A DNA stretch of 64,000 nt, taken from assembly GCA_934131005.1 (NCBI GenBank), contig CAKOYV010000004.1, forward strand, positions 37,344 through 101,343. The letters are read 5' to 3'. Made by a program: the position numbers and the translations under genes. Position 1 is the first letter of the stretch, and every line of letters begins with the position of its first letter. Below are positions 60,594 through 64,000 of the stretch, piece after piece. The stretch is from an uncultured Bacilli bacterium (lineage in GTDB: Bacteria > Bacillota_I > Bacilli_A > RF39 > UBA660). The notes under the pieces were generated by a model. It saw only the letters and a list, made by a program, of their open reading frames with translations, was not told where the DNA came from and did not search any database.

Positions 60594-62441
60594 TTATTTT
60601 TCTTTTCGCATCAAAGTTTTAGACTTCGCTTTTTTATTATTTTCCAATTGCTTTAAAGCAATAGTATCTATTTTACCAATAGCCGTTACTGGAAATTTAT
60701 CAAGAACCTGATAATCATATGGTAAAGAATACTCTGCAAGTTGTTCTCGACATAAACGCTCAATCTCATTCAAAACTACTTCTTTATCTCTTGAATTATC
60801 TTTTAATATAATAAATGCCTTAGGCAATTCTCCTTGTCGTTCATCATAATCTCTACATCCTACTACTTTACATTCAGAAACATCATCACAAGATAAAATT
60901 ACCTCCTCAATAGATGAAGGATAAACCTTAAAACCATCAGGTCTAATAATCATTTCTTTATATCTTCCTTCAACAAATAACAATCCATCCTGATCAAAAT
61001 ATCCCAAATCACCGGAATAAATAGTAGCTTTACCATTTTCATCATGTAAAATTTTCTTCTCTTCCTTATCATTATTGTAATAACCTATCATTACATTTGG
61101 ACCAGAAATTCTAACCTCACCTTTATTATTATAAGTTAATTCTTGACCATTTTCTGGATCGTATACCCCCAAATTACATTTATACAACGGTATACCAACA
61201 CTTTTCAATTTATTAGCTTCATTAGTTACACAAACACTAACAGCAGCATCAACCTCACTCATACCATAACCTTTTATAATTTTAGTTTGACAATTATGTG
61301 CCCTCAAAAATTCATTAACTTGTTTCTCTAAAGTATAATCCATCTTATCACCACCAACAATCGGCGTTTTAATAAACGATAAATCAACATTGGCTAATTT
61401 TTTACTTGACAATAAATAACCATAATGAGATGGAACACCAGCCATATAATTTGGTTTATGTTTTAGCAAAATTTCATCATATTTAGAAGGATCAAATTTA
61501 GGCATCAAAATTACTTTCATATTCATAGATAATGGTAAATGCAAACCATTTCCAACACCATAAACAATAAATGGTGGCATAATATCTAACCAAGTTCCAT
61601 GATCATTAAAATCAAGTCCACTAATTTCACACTGATATGCACAACAGTTAATATTATCATTAGACAAAATTACTCCTTTTGCTTTACCAGTCGTCCCACC
61701 AGTATGTACAATTGTTACTGGCATATTTGCCTCATACAACACTTCATCTGCTTTTTCATTAGAATTTTTCCTGATATCAACAAAATCATCCCACTTCAAC
61801 ACTTCATTTGTATCAATAAATCTTTTCTCTTTACTAGTAATTTTATCTTTAAATTTCATTATCTTTCGAATTGGTGCTTTAAAACTTTCGTATGGAGTTA
61901 CCATTATAATTTGCTCAACAGTAGTATTTTTTTTCAAATTCCTATACTTCTCTCCAGCAACATCTATTCCAAAAAAAAGTTTTGAATTTACTTCATTAGC
62001 ATACTCCTCTAACTCCAAAGAACTTTTTCTAGGATCAATCATATTTGATATTGCACCAATTTTTGATAAAGCATAAAATAAGAAAACCATCTCCGGTGTT
62101 GTTGGCATACAAATTGTTACAATATCACCACGTTTAACATTCATAGCTTTCAATGAATCTGCAGTTTGATCTATTTTTTCAATTAACTGCTTATATGTCA
62201 ATTTATTACCAAAATATTCAATCGCTATATTATTCATATTATCCTTATTTTTTTCCTTTAAATATCCATAAATAGTGTCTTTAGGCATATCACTCATTAT
62301 AACATCTTCACTATAATATTTTAACCAAGGTTTATCAATACTAGCATACCCTGTAAGAGGACCATAAATTTTTCCTAATGCTAAATTTCTTAAATGTAAA
62401 TCTCTTAATTTTTCCTCATTTAAATTTAAATTATTAATCAT
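60594..62441 (-). CDS. AMP-binding enzyme (acyl-CoA synthetase / adenylate-forming ligase family)
   Basis: AMP-binding P-loop TGGTTGKAKGV. YGMSE and GDLGY motifs. 615 aa. Confidence 0.8.
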   Translation of the reverse strand: MINNLNLNEEKLRDLHLRNLALGKIYGPLTGYASIDKPWLKYYSEDVIMSDMPKDTIYGYLKEKNKDNMNNIAIEYFGNKLTYKQLIEKIDQTADSLKAMNVKRGDIVTICMPTTPEMVFLFYALSKIGAISNMIDPRKSSLELEEYANEVNSKLFFGIDVAGEKYRNLKKNTTVEQIIMVTPYESFKAPIRKIMKFKDKITSKEKRFIDTNEVLKWDDFVDIRKNSNEKADEVLYEANMPVTIVHTGGTTGKAKGVILSNDNINCCAYQCEISGLDFNDHGTWLDIMPPFIVYGVGNGLHLPLSMNMKVILMPKFDPSKYDEILLKHKPNYMAGVPSHYGYLLSSKKLANVDLSFIKTPIVGGDKMDYTLEKQVNEFLRAHNCQTKIIKGYGMSEVDAAVSVCVTNEANKLKSVGIPLYKCNLGVYDPENGQELTYNNKGEVRISGPNVMIGYYNNDKEEKKILHDENGKATIYSGDLGYFDQDGLLFVEGRYKEMIIRPDGFKVYPSSIEEVILSCDDVSECKVVGCRDYDERQGELPKAFIILKDNSRDKEVVLNEIERLCREQLAEYSLPYDYQVLDKFPVTAIGKIDTIALKQLENNKKAKSKTLMRKEK

Positions 62442-62612
62442 TATTACTCCTCACTTCCAAATTTGAATCTTATTCTAATAACAAATCTAATTATTATCAT
62501 GATTACTAATTAAATATAACATTTTTTGTTATTAAAAGATATTTATTTTTCTTATAGTTAACAAAAAAAAGAGAACCTAAGTCTCTAATATCCAATTACT
62601 ATATTATAATTA

Positions 62613-63641
62613 CTACTTTTTTCTACCTAAAATTTTATGATACTGACTACCTAATTCCTCATAATCCAAATTTTGCATAGTTCCATTATAACTATTTCCA
62701 ATTAAACCCTCTGGTGTAAAATAATATAACTGACAGCATTTCATATTTTCATAAATTCTAATAGGATGAGTAGGCCTAACTCCCATATGCCAATATCCCT
62801 TATAACCAATTGATCCCATACCAGCAGAACAATGAACATGATATCCAAGTCTTCCTAAAGAACTTCTTCCACTCATCATAGGCACCAAATTCACAGTCTC
62901 CGTCCACTCATTACTTCTTGCAACATAAACTTTATCAGGATATAAAACCAATCCCTCATCTCCTATTTTAACATTCTCAACACGATTATTTTTCTTCAAA
63001 TCAAGTACAGGTTCAGTATAATAGCCTATATTCTTATTCAAACTCAAATTTACTGAATTAGGATTAATCACAATATTATCTTGTGGCGTTATTAAAATAT
63101 CTCCCATGTGCATTCTGTGTTTTATCTCCTCACCACTAAGCATACCAATCTTATCACTTTTCTCATCTAAACTCTTAAAAAAAGTTAAATTTCCTACTTC
63201 AATATTAGGATAAATAACAACAGGCATCGTTGAAACAATACTAAGTAAAAAATTACCATCATAATTATCAGTTCCATAACCACTATTAAGTTCAATACTA
63301 ACTCCCAGCAAAGATAATGAAGTTCTGCCATTTAAAACAGGAACATAACCATTAGTTTTTATCCTCTCAGATGTTTTAGCCAAATACATCTTCCGAGGCT
63401 CTAACACCAATCCTTCTTTAGGAATCTTAACTCTCCTTAACCTACTCACCTCATCCGTAGCAATTTCCCTCAAATATGTATTTTTTTCTTTTGTATCAAC
63501 AATAGAGTAATCAAAAGTATATAAAACATCAGTTATGCTAACAATGCAACTATTTGGTTTCGATAAAGCTCCCTCTTTTAAATTATCAATTTGTATATTA
63601 CCATTATTCATCTGTTTTAATATTTCATTACTCGTCAACAT
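62613..63641 (-). CDS. dCTP deaminase/dUTPase-fold protein with internally duplicated domain (342 aa)
   Basis: Two copies of the GR(T/S)SL.(L/R)LG trimeric dUTPase-fold motif: VLNGRTSLSLLGVSIE and MMSGRSSLGRLGYHVH. Confidence 0.6.
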   Translation of the reverse strand: MLTSNEILKQMNNGNIQIDNLKEGALSKPNSCIVSITDVLYTFDYSIVDTKEKNTYLREIATDEVSRLRRVKIPKEGLVLEPRKMYLAKTSERIKTNGYVPVLNGRTSLSLLGVSIELNSGYGTDNYDGNFLLSIVSTMPVVIYPNIEVGNLTFFKSLDEKSDKIGMLSGEEIKHRMHMGDILITPQDNIVINPNSVNLSLNKNIGYYTEPVLDLKKNNRVENVKIGDEGLVLYPDKVYVARSNEWTETVNLVPMMSGRSSLGRLGYHVHCSAGMGSIGYKGYWHMGVRPTHPIRIYENMKCCQLYYFTPEGLIGNSYNGTMQNLDYEELGSQYHKILGRKK

Positions 63642-64000
63642 TTCTAACTCTTCCCTTCACTAGCTTTTTTCCATATTCTCGATTTATCCTAGATTCCGTT
63701 GGTACGACCTGCCCAAAATACTTACCACGATATTCTATTTTAGGATCTCCAACTAAAGAATAATAATATATCTTCCCAATCGGCATATTTGGATAGACAA
63801 TCGTAGGATTCGCACACACTATTTCAAGAGTCCAAGTCCCCTCAAATCCATTATCTCCAAATCCTGCCGTTACATGAATTTCAACACCCAAAGTTGCAAG
63901 TTCATTTAATCCAGAAAGTAAAGGTACATAACCATAAGTTTTAGTATACTCATTAGTACTACCTAAATATAACTTATTTGCTTCCAACAATAGCCCACCA
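63628..64000 (-). CDS. dCTP deaminase-like protein, C-terminal part (N-terminus beyond the window end)
   Basis: YVPLLSGLNELATLGVEIHVTAGFGDNGFEGTWTLEI. Paralogous to the neighbouring gene and overlaps it by 14 nt. Confidence 0.55.
   Translation of the reverse strand, partial: GGLLLEANKLYLGSTNEYTKTYGYVPLLSGLNELATLGVEIHVTAGFGDNGFEGTWTLEIVCANPTIVYPNMPIGKIYYYSLVGDPKIEYRGKYFGQVVPTESRINREYGKKLVKGRVRNVDE

Noticed and set aside
1-64000. CRISPR arrays, rRNA genes, IS elements
   Set aside because: I saw no short direct-repeat/spacer arrays, no rRNA-like conserved stretches, and no transposase-like ORFs with terminal inverted repeats on reading the sequence.

Overview
This is a 64-kb window from a very AT-rich Firmicutes chromosome that uses the standard genetic code (TGA is a stop in tuf, fusA and others).

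- **Lineage signal.** The gene content and synteny are Clostridia/Bacilli-like: the rpsL-rpsG-fusA-tuf str operon, yqeG-yqeH, mrnC-rlmB-sigH, a SigK-like sporulation sigma factor, ylbD/ylbE/ylbF-rsmD, comN-secDF-relA, obg, gpsA, uvrA, topA, glmM, nfo and tdk.
- **Orientation.** Almost all genes are on the minus strand, so the window lies on one replichore.
- **Candidate system A (20.2-26.5 kb).** A Hanks-type kinase carries an HRD->HKN change (a pseudokinase signature) and a novel Cys-bounded extracellular repeat ectodomain. Its start overlaps the stop of a double-FHA ABC-2 transporter (NBD-TMD fusion) by 4 nt. A membrane-anchored alpha/beta hydrolase follows.
- **Candidate system B (52.0-58.7 kb).** A six-gene minus-strand operon sits between a tRNA-Glu(CUC) with a strong terminator and an in-frame receiver-domain gene remnant beside a hybrid histidine kinase. 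The six genes are an AbiEii/DUF1814-like nucleotidyltransferase, a six-repeat protein, an HExxH membrane zincin, an NTP-transferase, a polytopic membrane protein and a NUDIX hydrolase.
- **Other notable loci:**
  - an orphan VirD4/TraG-type coupling ATPase with an (NPFGS)n repeat and acidic tail, in a housekeeping context
  - a sortase B with an adjacent NPQTY-signal surface protein
  - a standalone GlmU-C-terminal-like LbH acetyltransferase next to glmM
  - two dispersed type IV pilin genes
  - a pair of paralogous Cys-rich secreted proteins
  - tandem dCTP-deaminase-like genes at the right edge

No CRISPR array and no rRNA were seen.
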